From Phycisphaerae bacterium (GTDB lineage Bacteria > Planctomycetota > Phycisphaerae > UBA1845 > Fen-1342), in the NCBI GenBank assembly GCA_963675745.2, contig CAXXWX010000002.1, positions 32,001 to 96,000 on the forward strand: 64,000 nt of DNA, given 5' to 3'. A program made the position numbers and the translations under genes. This document shows positions 18,501 through 29,500 of the stretch, one piece after another. The notes under the pieces are model-generated. The model searched no databases. It was not told the DNA's origin and saw only the letters and a list, made by a program, of their open reading frames with translations. Numbering within the stretch: position 1 is the stretch's first letter; every line of letters begins with the position of its first letter.

Positions 18501-19450
18501 GGAACGACCCTTGTACCGGTCTCGCCGGCCACCGCGCGCAGTAGATTCGGCGGATCAGTGATTAGCGCGGCTTTCCCACCGCCTTCGAGGAACTCCACCA
18601 CCGCCTCGATCTTCGGGAGCATGCTCCCCGGGGCGAAGTGCCCCTCCTGGATGTAGCGTTTGGCGTCGGCCACGGTCATCTCATCGATGGCGCGGGCGTC
18701 ATCCTTGCCGAAATTGAGCCACACCTTCTCAACCGCCGTCGAGATCAGCAGCAGATCGGCGTTGAGCAGGCTGGCAAGCAGGCTCGAGGCGAGATCCTTG
18801 TCAATGACCGCCTCGGCACCGACCAGCTCCCCGTCCGGCCGCTGCTGCACCGGGATGCCCCCACCACCGACGGCCACCACCACGATATCGTCGTCAATGA
18901 GCCGGCGAATCGCGTCGATCTCGATGATCGACTTCGGTTTCGGAGAGGCCACCACGCGCCGATAGCCACGGCCGGCGTCCTCGACCACGTGCCAGTGGTC
19001 CTTCGCCTGGTGCTCGGATGCGGTGGCCTCATCCATGAACGAGCCGATTGGCTTGGAGGGCTTTTCGAAGGCCGGGTCGGCCGCGTCCACCAGCACCTGT
19101 GTAACCACTGTGGCGATCCGCGGTTGACGGTCCCAGCCGCGCGTGCAATTGTGCATCGCCTGCTGGAGTTGATAGCCGATCGCACCTTGTGTATCAGCCC
19201 CGCACGAGTCGAGCGGCACCATGTGAAGTTCCTGGCTGGCCAACTCCGCCCGGCGGAGGATAAACCCCACCTGCGGCCCGTTGCCATGCGTGATCACGAC
19301 GCGGTGACCCTGCTTCAGCAAGGCCGCGATGTGTCCGCAGGTCTCTGCGCAAGCGGCATATTGGTCGGCTACCGATTGCCTGGTCTTGTCGGTGATCAAC
19401 GAGTTGCCGCCGACCGCTAAAACGATGAGTTTCCCACCAGATTCTGCCAT
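18497..19450 (-). CDS. arcC: carbamate kinase
   Basis: AVGGNSL, HGNGPQVG, PSKPIG, EDAGRGYRRVVASP, GGGGIPV, EAVIDKD, GSMLPK; 4-bp overlap with the thrC-like gene. Confidence 0.96.
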   Translation of the reverse strand: MAESGGKLIVLAVGGNSLITDKTRQSVADQYAACAETCGHIAALLKQGHRVVITHGNGPQVGFILRRAELASQELHMVPLDSCGADTQGAIGYQLQQAMHNCTRGWDRQPRIATVVTQVLVDAADPAFEKPSKPIGSFMDEATASEHQAKDHWHVVEDAGRGYRRVVASPKPKSIIEIDAIRRLIDDDIVVVAVGGGGIPVQQRPDGELVGAEAVIDKDLASSLLASLLNADLLLISTAVEKVWLNFGKDDARAIDEMTVADAKRYIQEGHFAPGSMLPKIEAVVEFLEGGGKAALITDPPNLLRAVAGETGTRVVP

Positions 19451-19766
19451 GTAACGGATACCTCCTTCTGTCGGGCACCGACATATCCTCCCCCCGGTCC
19501 ACTTTGCGCGGGGCCCACGGCCGAGACGACTCGCAATCTAAGCACGCCGCCCGGTAAGTTGGTGATCCAACTGCTCCGCATGGTCCTGAGCGAACAAGTG
19601 GAGGGCTTGAAGACCGGCAGGCGATTGCTCGGAACCAAGTATCATGACGAATATCGCACCACCCTGTCAAGGGCACGGCCACGGCGTTCATACTGTTTGG
19701 CGCGGTTAAGAGCGTACGGAGTGGTGGGTCGGGACGGCGGGCGCGGAGGCGCGCTGCCCTTGCGAC

Positions 19767-21065
19767 TCAGGGGAGCATTGCCCGGCTATCGCGCGCGATC
19801 AGCCAGTCCTGAATCGCGGGGTAGACCTGCTCGGTCGCGATCGGGGCCGCCTCGAACTCCCCATGCCCGATCTCGTCAAACACCAGCATGGTCTTGTCAG
19901 CGGAGCTCACCCGCTCGAAGAAGTCCTCGCGGATTACGCCGGCGTTGGCGATGCGATCACGGCCGCCGGCGATCACAAGCGCGGGCAGGTTGATCTGGTC
20001 GTAGTGATCCGAGTACACGTGGTCCGGCTGCCCCAAGGCACTGACGAAGGCCTGCGCGCGGACGGATTTGGCCATCTGACTCAGCACGCCGGCCTTGATG
20101 CGATCCACGACATAGCGCCGCCCGCGCAGCAGCACCTCGGCCCGCAGATTGCCTGTGCCCCAGAACGTGCCGACCGCGTTCAAGCCGAACTGCACGAGCG
20201 TGGTCTCGGCCTGACGCCAGGCGTCGGCGACCGGTTTGGGCAGTTGCTTGAGGATCTCCTCGCCGCGACCACTTGGGCGCAGGCGGTCCAGGTTGATTCC
20301 GCCGTGCGCCGCAATCAGAGTTTCGAGCCAGCCCAGACGAGCGGCGATCTCAAAGGCCGCGTTTACGCGCGTATCGGTGCGCCACCAATCGCGCAAGAGC
20401 GTGTCCCACTTGGGATAACCGTCCTCATCATAAACGGATTCGGGCCAGCGCAGCGCTGACGGGAACTCCACAAAGACACAACCGGCCAGCGCCTCGCACC
20501 GGCTGGCCGCAACCGCCGGGTCGGCGATGATGCGCAGGGCCGCCCCTTCTCCCTCCAACACGGCGCCCTGGACGTAGCCGGCCAGCACCATCGACCCCAT
20601 GCTCGAACCGATGACAAAAGGTCGGCGTCCGGTGGCGGCGCTGACATGGTCGATCACGGCCGGCAGGTCGTAGAGGACAAAGTGATCGACGGTCCAGTCG
20701 TCCTGATGTTCGGGCGGCGTGCTGCGCCGGCCCTCGGCGCCATGTCCACGGAAATTGACCAGCCAAACATCGAATCCGGCATCGTACAACTCTGATGCCA
20801 GGCTGCGGTACGTGTAGGCGTCAGTTGTGACCGTGGGGAGATCCCAGATCTCCGCATTGACCGCAAGACCGTGCAGAAACACGACCGGCGTGCAATCGAG
20901 GCGCGCACGGTGTTTCACCGTCAGCGTCGCGCCGTCGCGTGTGGACACGCTCTCGACCGTGAATTCCCCCTGGCTTTCAGGTGTTTCGTCCACCGGCAGC
21001 ACTCCACATCCAGCAACGGTGAACAAGGTCAGTATGTGAAGCGGGATGAACCGTGGCACCGGCAC
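19767..21065 (-). CDS. alpha/beta hydrolase lipoprotein
   Basis: Lipobox-like TVAGC, LHGL, DVWLVNFRGHG, nucleophile elbow GSSMG, GGRD, GH. Confidence 0.85.
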   Translation of the reverse strand: MPVPRFIPLHILTLFTVAGCGVLPVDETPESQGEFTVESVSTRDGATLTVKHRARLDCTPVVFLHGLAVNAEIWDLPTVTTDAYTYRSLASELYDAGFDVWLVNFRGHGAEGRRSTPPEHQDDWTVDHFVLYDLPAVIDHVSAATGRRPFVIGSSMGSMVLAGYVQGAVLEGEGAALRIIADPAVAASRCEALAGCVFVEFPSALRWPESVYDEDGYPKWDTLLRDWWRTDTRVNAAFEIAARLGWLETLIAAHGGINLDRLRPSGRGEEILKQLPKPVADAWRQAETTLVQFGLNAVGTFWGTGNLRAEVLLRGRRYVVDRIKAGVLSQMAKSVRAQAFVSALGQPDHVYSDHYDQINLPALVIAGGRDRIANAGVIREDFFERVSSADKTMLVFDEIGHGEFEAAPIATEQVYPAIQDWLIARDSRAMLP

Positions 21066-21103
21066 TGCTCCCGCGGCGGGCCTGTGCTGAGCGCCGGCTC
21101 GGC

Positions 21104-21469
21104 CTACGCGGGCTGCGCTGCAGCCGCGCGCGCCAACTCGACGAGCTTGTCAAAGCCCGCTGTGTCGGCGATGGCCACCTCGCTGAGCATCTTGCGATTG
21201 AGTGCGACGTTGGCCTTCTTCAGTCCGCCCATGAACTGGCTGTAGGAGATTCCACGCGCAGCGCAGGCGGCACTGACGCGGATGATCCACAACGCCCGAA
21301 ACTCGCGCTTTTTAGCACGGCGGTCGCGATATGCATACTGTCCCGCCTTGATGAGCGTCTGTTTCGCCGTGCGGTACAGCTTGCTGCGCGATCCCCAATA
21401 GCCTCTTGCGCTGCGCAAGACTTTCTTATGACGACGACGCGTCGCAAGACCAGATCGAACCCGCGGCAT
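21104..21469 (-). CDS. rplT: 50S ribosomal protein L20
   Basis: MPRV..G, A.GY.G.RS, YAYRDRR..KR.FR.LWI.R, LNRKMLSE.A. Confidence 0.98.
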   Translation of the reverse strand: MPRVRSGLATRRRHKKVLRSARGYWGSRSKLYRTAKQTLIKAGQYAYRDRRAKKREFRALWIIRVSAACAARGISYSQFMGGLKKANVALNRKMLSEVAIADTAGFDKLVELARAAAAQPA

Positions 21470-21523
21470 TCCAAACTCCCGTTGGCCGGTACAGTTCCGG
21501 CTTATTCACCAGATCAGCGCGTG

Positions 21524-21721
21524 CTAGTCTTCACCCAGGGCACGGCGCAGTTGTTTTTCGAACTCCGGGCGAATCATCTCCGCGCTGCGCAGGCGACGGC
21601 GCCGATTGCCGGACTTCCCGCTCATCAGGTGGCCGGCGTACGACTTGCGACGCTTGACCCTGCCTCGGGCCGTAACCTTGACCCGCTTCTTAAGCCCCTT
21701 GTGCGGCTTGAACTTATGCAT
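21524..21721 (-). CDS. rpmI: 50S ribosomal protein L35
   Basis: K.K.HKG..KR.K.TA.G, H.MSGKS..R.RRLR; directly upstream of rplT. Confidence 0.95.
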   Translation of the reverse strand: MHKFKPHKGLKKRVKVTARGRVKRRKSYAGHLMSGKSGNRRRRLRSAEMIRPEFEKQLRRALGED

Positions 21722-22053
21722 TGCTCTTCCTTATTGCTCAAATGTCGAGCCACTTACTATACCGGCCGTACCACGTGCCGACAACCAGCCACGGCCAAAA
21801 ATCGACCCGCGACAACCATTGTGCCCCCGGGAAGGTCTGCTAGAATCCGCTCGGCTTTTTTGATGTTGTCGGGAGGTCCGCTGGGAAGGCGTTACCGCTT
21901 CTGCGCACGCGGTCGGAGCAACGATGCACCGACGCGCACGCCGGGGTTGTACGTCGCGAGCGATTGACGAGTATTACCGATGGATGGCAGGCGGTAATGC
22001 GTCCGTTGAGCCGCGCCGGGCAATCACAGTAACTAATTTAGAGAAATGAACTT

Positions 22054-23406
22054 ATGAAACAGAAACGGCTGGGGATCATCGTCGGGGGTGGCCCTGCTCC
22101 GGGAATCAACGCCGTAATCGGCGCCGCCACCATTGAGGCGATCAACCGCGGCTTCGAGGTCATCGGCATATACGAGGGCTTTCGCCGGCTGGTGACCGAG
22201 GATTTCGACAAGGACCGGCACAGCGTACGCCTGCTGATCCCCATGGTTGCCAGGATCCACTTCGAGGGCGGATCAATCCTGCGAACCGCGCGGGCAAACC
22301 TGCTCGACGAGCGGAGACTGAAGAGCGGTGAGCACGTTAGCCCTGATCCGACCAAGGTCGAGTGTGTGCTCAAGCACCTCAAACAGCTCAAGATCAACAA
22401 CCTGCTGACCATCGGCGGCGACGACACGGCATTGAGCGCGCGCTTCATCTGCGATGCGGCTGGCGGGGCAATTCGCGTCGTACATTGTCCGAAAACCATC
22501 GACAACGACCTGCCGCTACCGCACGGGGTCTCTACATTCGGCTTCGCAACGGCCCGCTTCATCGGCACGCAACTGACCAAGAATCTGATGCGTGACTCGC
22601 AGACCACCGGTCGCTGGTACTTTCTCTCCGCGATGGGACGTAGTGCCGGCTGGCTCGCGCAGTCAATCGGCATGGCCGCCGGCGCGACCGTCGTCCTGAT
22701 TCCGGAAGAATTCGAGAATGGTACGACCATCTGTCAGGTGGCTGATGTGCTGGAAGCGGCCATTCTCAAGCGGCGTCTGCTCGGCCGGCCAGACGGTGTG
22801 GCGATTTTGGCTGAGGGACTGGCGTACAAGCTCGGCGGCCTGAAGGAACTGGCCAAGGTGCTGGGACACGACGTGCCGCTCGATGCGGCCGGCCACCCGA
22901 GGCTGGCCGACATCCCGGTGCTTGAGCTGATCAAGCGGGAAGTGGAAGCGCGGTTCGAGAAACGCAAAGAGACGCTGCGGATCGTGACGCACGCATTGGG
23001 GTACGAGCTCCGATCAGCGGACCCGACGCCACATGACATGAGTTACTGCCGCAGTTTGGGCTGGGGCAGTATTCAACTGCTGCTGCACGAATCGCCGACG
23101 ACCGGCGCGGGCAAGATGGTCACGCTGATCAATGAGAGTCTGGTGGCAATGGACTTTCACGAGATGATCGATCCGCAGACCAATCGCACGCGCGTCCGCA
23201 CGGTTCACATCGACTCCGACCTGTATCGCGTCGCGCGCGCATATCAGATTCGACTCGAGCGCAGCGACCTCGACGATCCAGAGACACTCAACAAGCTGGC
23301 GGGCATGGTTAAGCTCGAACCGGAGGCGTTTCGCGCCAAATATGCGCGAGCGGCGACCAAGCTCAGCGACATGGCGCCCGGTGCATATCCAACGAACGTG
23401 CCCTGA
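22054..23406 (+). CDS. pfp: 6-phosphofructokinase, pyrophosphate-dependent type
   Basis: GGGPAPGIN, GGSILRT.R, IGGDDT and PKTIDND (PPi-type signature), MGRSAG, LGYELR. Confidence 0.9.
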   Translation: MKQKRLGIIVGGGPAPGINAVIGAATIEAINRGFEVIGIYEGFRRLVTEDFDKDRHSVRLLIPMVARIHFEGGSILRTARANLLDERRLKSGEHVSPDPTKVECVLKHLKQLKINNLLTIGGDDTALSARFICDAAGGAIRVVHCPKTIDNDLPLPHGVSTFGFATARFIGTQLTKNLMRDSQTTGRWYFLSAMGRSAGWLAQSIGMAAGATVVLIPEEFENGTTICQVADVLEAAILKRRLLGRPDGVAILAEGLAYKLGGLKELAKVLGHDVPLDAAGHPRLADIPVLELIKREVEARFEKRKETLRIVTHALGYELRSADPTPHDMSYCRSLGWGSIQLLLHESPTTGAGKMVTLINESLVAMDFHEMIDPQTNRTRVRTVHIDSDLYRVARAYQIRLERSDLDDPETLNKLAGMVKLEPEAFRAKYARAATKLSDMAPGAYPTNVP

Positions 23407-23613
23407 CCCACCGGTCGATTTTCCGTGTCATCGTCGTCACGACACGTTCGCGAGAAATCCGGCGCATGCTGAAACCAGCGCGCGTTCGCCCTCGGACGAC
23501 GCCGAGTGCATAATGTGCGCGTCCGCAACGCGCTGGGACGACCACGCCGCCGTCTGTTAGAATAGTGCGCTTGTTCAACCTGTTTGGGATATCAACTCGC
23601 TGGGAGACCGCAG

Positions 23614-25278
<1,665 letters not shown>

Positions 25279-25328
25279 AGGTTAGAGGTTAGAGGTCAGT
25301 AGTCTGCGGTTCGCAGGCACGTTGTGGT

Positions 25329-28300
25329 TTATGTGGTTTCGCGCTTGCCGTGGGCGCTGAATAGCATGGCGGCCAGCCACACCAGCACAAACGCCGCCCC
25401 TCCCGCCGCGGCAGCGCGACGGTCTCGATCCTGCCCCGCCACGACCTGATGATGAAACGCGGTGTCCGGGGGCGGGATGCGATCGGGGTCGGTGGCCGAA
25501 CGGCGCATCTCGGACAGTTCGGTATCGAGACGATCCAACTGCGCTTCCAGTTGAGATTGCTGCTTCTCGAGAACCGCCAGCTCCACTTCGAATTGCCGGC
25601 GTGCAAGTAGTTGCTGGTCAACAGCGCGCAACGCGTCAACGGCGTCGGCGAACTCGATCAGCCAACGCTCTCGATCATCTTCCAACGCGCGCAAGGCGTC
25701 GCGCTCCGCCGTCACGCGCAACGCGTGATCATCGGCCGCCCGGCGATCGGCGGCCACCTGCAACTGATCCATCATCGCCTGCGAACGCTGGTTCAACCGC
25801 CCGCGCAAACCGCGAATCTGGTGATTCTGGGCGTCGAGCTCGAAGTTGTCCTTGAAGCTGACGGCCTTGACGGCGTTGGCCAGCAGCGCGGCACTGTCGG
25901 CGAACTGACGCGTGTCGCTGCGCAGCACCGCCGCCACCACGATATGGCGCGTGCCGCCGTCATCCTGCGCACTCAGCGTGGTCGCGTGGGCCTCCATGCG
26001 CTCGGCGAGCCCGCGGGTCTCATCGACGACACCGCCGACCGCCTCGATCACGGCGTTGTGCAGCGTGACCAGATCGGCGGCGTCTTCCGAAACATCCAAC
26101 GCTTCGAGTTGCCGCTGCCAGACCGGCAGAGCCTGCACGAGCGTCTCCAGCTCAGTATCAACGCGTTCGGCGTCAAGCTGGGCATCTTCCAGAACCGCGC
26201 GAACCGACGGGGGCGGCTGCAAATCGCGCTGTTCGACCACGGTCGCCAGCAGCGTGCGCGAAGCGGCCCGCGCTTGCGCGGCCGGCTCCGCCAGCATCAG
26301 CAGCGCCACGCCCAGCTCACGCTGATACTGCCTGGCCGCCTCCGCAAACTCCTTCAGATCCTGTTGGTAAACGGCATCAGCCGCCAGCGCGCGCTCCAGA
26401 GCGTCGGCATCAATCTCGCCGTGCGGCAGTTCGGCCTCAACCGTCTGAACCTGCTCGCGTTGCTGGGCGATGCGCGCGCCGGTGGCCGTATAGGTTTCCC
26501 GCAGGCGCGCCACATCTGCGGTGCGCGCGTCGTGGTCATCGGCGACTGGCAGGCTCTCGAGTTGCGTGTTTACCTCCGCCATACGTTCGGTCAGCGCCAG
26601 CAGCTCCGCGGCCACGCCGACCCGGCGAACGCCCAGATCCTGGTAAGCCGGCGGCAGTTGCGGCTCGGACGGAGCGTTGTTCACGGCTGCCACGTAGCTA
26701 TCCACGAGCGTGCGAAGCAACAGCGCGTTTTCGCCGGGATTGGGCCCCGTGGCCGCAACCTCGATCGCCGTCTGCCCAGGGATCGGTTGAGCCGAGATCG
26801 CCCCACGCGCTGCGTATGACTGCCAAAGCTCGGCCGCCCCGCCGTCCAGCACAGCGGCCACACGCTCTGAATCCAGCAGAGCCACGGCATGTTGACGCGC
26901 GACCAACGACGCGTCTTCGCTCTCAGTGGCAATCTCGATTTCGAGCGAGGTGCGCGTTGAGCTTGGCTGAGTCACCCATACCGCCACACCAGCGCCGACC
27001 GCGGCGATCGCAGCGATGGCCAAACTGCGCAGCCAGAACCGCGGCGGCCGGGCGGCAGCAGCCCGCTCGCGCGCCATAATGGCCGCGGTTTCATACTCGG
27101 CGATCAACTCCTCGCGCGCACGCGTCAGCTCAGCCTCGCGCGCGCGCTGGGCCACCTGCCGACCTTCAAGCTCCTGCAAATGGAGGTCGAGCCGCAGCTC
27201 GGCCTGCCGCGCTTCGGACTCGCGCGCCTCGAACTGGGCCAGTTGTTCCTGGAACTGCTGTTCCCGATTTGCCGCCTCTTGCTCGCGCTGTTCCAATTCC
27301 CCGCGCTGCTGTTCGAGGATGCGCCGCTCAGCCGCCACCTCGTCCGACGCGCGCGTCAGCTCACCGCGGCGGGCGCGCGTTTGACGCCACTGCTCGGCCA
27401 ACTCGCGACGCTTGTCGCGCATGCCGGCGCGCTCCGATTCCAGCCGCTCTTCGTCGGCGTCCAGCCTGGCTTCCCGGTGACGCGCGGCCTCGCTCGATTC
27501 GGCTTCCTGTCGCCGCACGCGCTCCGCGAATTCGGCCTCCTGGCGTTCGACTCGCGTACGAAACTCAACCTCGCAGCGTTGGGCATCTTCGCGAATCTGG
27601 GCTTCCAGCTTGAGCGCGTCTTCGCTCAGCGACTCTTCCTGGCTGCGCGCGTCCGCTGCCAGCCGCGCCTGCGCGCGGCGCTGGGCCTCTTCGAGCTCGG
27701 TCCGACGCCGACCGCTCTCCTCGTTGAAGCGCGCTTCGGCTTCTTCCAGGCGCGCCTCGCGCGCCTTGAGCTCGCTGTGCAGCGGCTCGGTTTCGGCGGC
27801 GAGCTCATCCAGCATGCGCTGGCGGGCCTCAGCTTCCTGCTCAGCCAGCTCAAGCTCGCCGCGACGCGACTCGAATTGCTGCCGTTCCTGTTCGAGTTGG
27901 TGCTGCTGAGCGGCCAGGTCCTCGCGCTGCTGCGTGATTTCATTGCGGGCTAGCAGCAGGCGGCGTTGCAGCTCCTGCTCGAGCTCCTGATGAGTCGTGA
28001 CCTTGCGGCTCAGCTCAGCCCGGTCGCGCTCACGGGCTTCATGCAGCGCTTTCTTGCGCTCCTTAAGCCGGCGAGCGGCTTCGACCAGATTGGCTTTCTC
28101 GCGCTCCAGGCGTTCAGCTTGTGCGCGGAGCTCGACATTACGCCGTCTGATCGCGGCGCGGTGCCGGTCGATATCAACGGCCCTGGCGGCAAGCTGCTCT
28201 TCACGTTCCTGGAGCCGTGCGCGCGCCTCGGCCAGTTCGGGATGTGAGCCCTCACGCACGCTCGACACGACGCGCGCGTGCTCCTCATCCAGCTCGTGCT

Positions 28301-28493
28301 CGCGCCGCTGCACCGCCAACTCGCGCTGGGCCAAAGACGCCAATCGCTGCCGGATTTCCGCGACCAACGGACCGAAACGGTCACTGCCGGGGCGTTCCGT
28401 CCGCGCAGACTCAGTCTTCGGCGGTGATGCAACCTGCGAGGCCGGCATCTCGCGGCGTTCGGGAGCCGGGTTGTCCGGGGAGGGGGTGGTCAT
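25329..28493 (-). CDS. large membrane protein: long N-terminal coiled coil, TM helix, extracytoplasmic Wzz/GumC-like coiled domain, C-terminal TM
   Basis: E/R/Q/L heptad-rich N-terminal half; TM FWLRSLAIAAIAAVGAGVAVWV; C-terminal TM AAAGGAAFVLVWLAAMLF. Confidence 0.75.
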   Translation of the reverse strand: MTTPSPDNPAPERREMPASQVASPPKTESARTERPGSDRFGPLVAEIRQRLASLAQRELAVQRREHELDEEHARVVSSVREGSHPELAEARARLQEREEQLAARAVDIDRHRAAIRRRNVELRAQAERLEREKANLVEAARRLKERKKALHEARERDRAELSRKVTTHQELEQELQRRLLLARNEITQQREDLAAQQHQLEQERQQFESRRGELELAEQEAEARQRMLDELAAETEPLHSELKAREARLEEAEARFNEESGRRRTELEEAQRRAQARLAADARSQEESLSEDALKLEAQIREDAQRCEVEFRTRVERQEAEFAERVRRQEAESSEAARHREARLDADEERLESERAGMRDKRRELAEQWRQTRARRGELTRASDEVAAERRILEQQRGELEQREQEAANREQQFQEQLAQFEARESEARQAELRLDLHLQELEGRQVAQRAREAELTRAREELIAEYETAAIMARERAAAARPPRFWLRSLAIAAIAAVGAGVAVWVTQPSSTRTSLEIEIATESEDASLVARQHAVALLDSERVAAVLDGGAAELWQSYAARGAISAQPIPGQTAIEVAATGPNPGENALLLRTLVDSYVAAVNNAPSEPQLPPAYQDLGVRRVGVAAELLALTERMAEVNTQLESLPVADDHDARTADVARLRETYTATGARIAQQREQVQTVEAELPHGEIDADALERALAADAVYQQDLKEFAEAARQYQRELGVALLMLAEPAAQARAASRTLLATVVEQRDLQPPPSVRAVLEDAQLDAERVDTELETLVQALPVWQRQLEALDVSEDAADLVTLHNAVIEAVGGVVDETRGLAERMEAHATTLSAQDDGGTRHIVVAAVLRSDTRQFADSAALLANAVKAVSFKDNFELDAQNHQIRGLRGRLNQRSQAMMDQLQVAADRRAADDHALRVTAERDALRALEDDRERWLIEFADAVDALRAVDQQLLARRQFEVELAVLEKQQSQLEAQLDRLDTELSEMRRSATDPDRIPPPDTAFHHQVVAGQDRDRRAAAAGGAAFVLVWLAAMLFSAHGKRETT

Positions 28494-28771
28494 ATGTTGC
28501 GTAACGCGGCTCGGCGTGGGGGCCGCAGCTCCTGTGCCGCTTCGCCGATCGAACACCGACCGGGATGTCCCTGTCCACCCCGCGCGTTCGGATTATTGTA
28601 ACAATTGCGCATCCGATGGCGAACAGGTCGCGAAAAACAACCCGAACAGCGCCGTCACTCACAGTCCACAGTCTATTCCATATCGGCATGCACGCCACAC
28701 GCCTGACCCGCACAGCCGCAAACGGCGAAACCTGTTCCCCGTTCCCTGTTCCCTCCCACAGGTGCGATAAC

Positions 28772-29500
28772 TCACACCAGACGCCTGAGCTGGGAAACGG
28801 TGGCGCGAAAATCCTTGGGCGGAGGCGCCTCGAACGTGAGACGCTGCCCGGTGGCTGGGTGCGTGAACGCAACGCGCAAGGCATGCAGGCTGAGGCGATC
28901 GAGCAACGGGCGCTCCTCGCGGCGTTTGCTCGGACGGTAGTTGGACTTGTAGTGCGACAGGACCACATCACCGCCGCCGCCATATGTCGTATCCACCGTC
29001 AAGGGGTATCCCGCGCCGGCCAGGTGCGCGCGAACCTGATGCGGCCGTTGCCCCCACGGCCGACACTCCAGCAGCGTATTTCCGGCGACACGTTCGAGGA
29101 TTTTGTATTCTGTCAGCGCTGGCTTACCGCTGCGCGGGTTAACACGCGCGCGCTGGGCGTTGCTGTCGAACTTCAGTGGCGAGTCAACCTGGCCATCCTG
29201 GGCGACATATCCCCCCACCAGGGCCAATTGCACGTACTCCGCCTCACGTTGCTCAAACTCCGCCCGCAACGCCCGCCGATGCTCGGGCGCGCGAACGTAG
29301 AGCACCAGCCCGCTGGCATCCGTCTCGAGCGGCCAGACCAGTGCGCGCGGCCAGTCCACCGGCTGGGGGATCAACTCGCGCAGACACGGCCGGCCGGACG
29401 CATCGCGTCGAACCTGCACGCGCGGCGGTTTGTCGACGAGCAAGATGTCGCCGTCCTGAAAGTACACCTCGGGTCGTGCCGGACGCGGTGGTCGCCCCAT
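28772..29500 (-). CDS. RluA-family pseudouridine synthase-like protein with a degenerate catalytic motif
   Basis: LLVDKPP, VWPLETDASGL (in place of VHRLD..TSG), GKPALTEY, R.HQVRAHL..G.PL..D..YG, RLSLHA, APPPKDF. Confidence 0.85.
   Translation of the reverse strand: MGRPPRPARPEVYFQDGDILLVDKPPRVQVRRDASGRPCLRELIPQPVDWPRALVWPLETDASGLVLYVRAPEHRRALRAEFEQREAEYVQLALVGGYVAQDGQVDSPLKFDSNAQRARVNPRSGKPALTEYKILERVAGNTLLECRPWGQRPHQVRAHLAGAGYPLTVDTTYGGGGDVVLSHYKSNYRPSKRREERPLLDRLSLHALRVAFTHPATGQRLTFEAPPPKDFRATVSQLRRLV

Noticed and set aside
23407..23613. Possible cobalamin riboswitch before the mutase (and at 47668-47913 before the corrinoid gene)
   Set aside because: No B12-box or other conserved riboswitch elements were seen
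28731..28754. Heptamer tandem repeat (cctgttc/cccgttc x3); similar gttagag x2 near 25280
   Set aside because: Too short to support a function; no spacers, so not CRISPR
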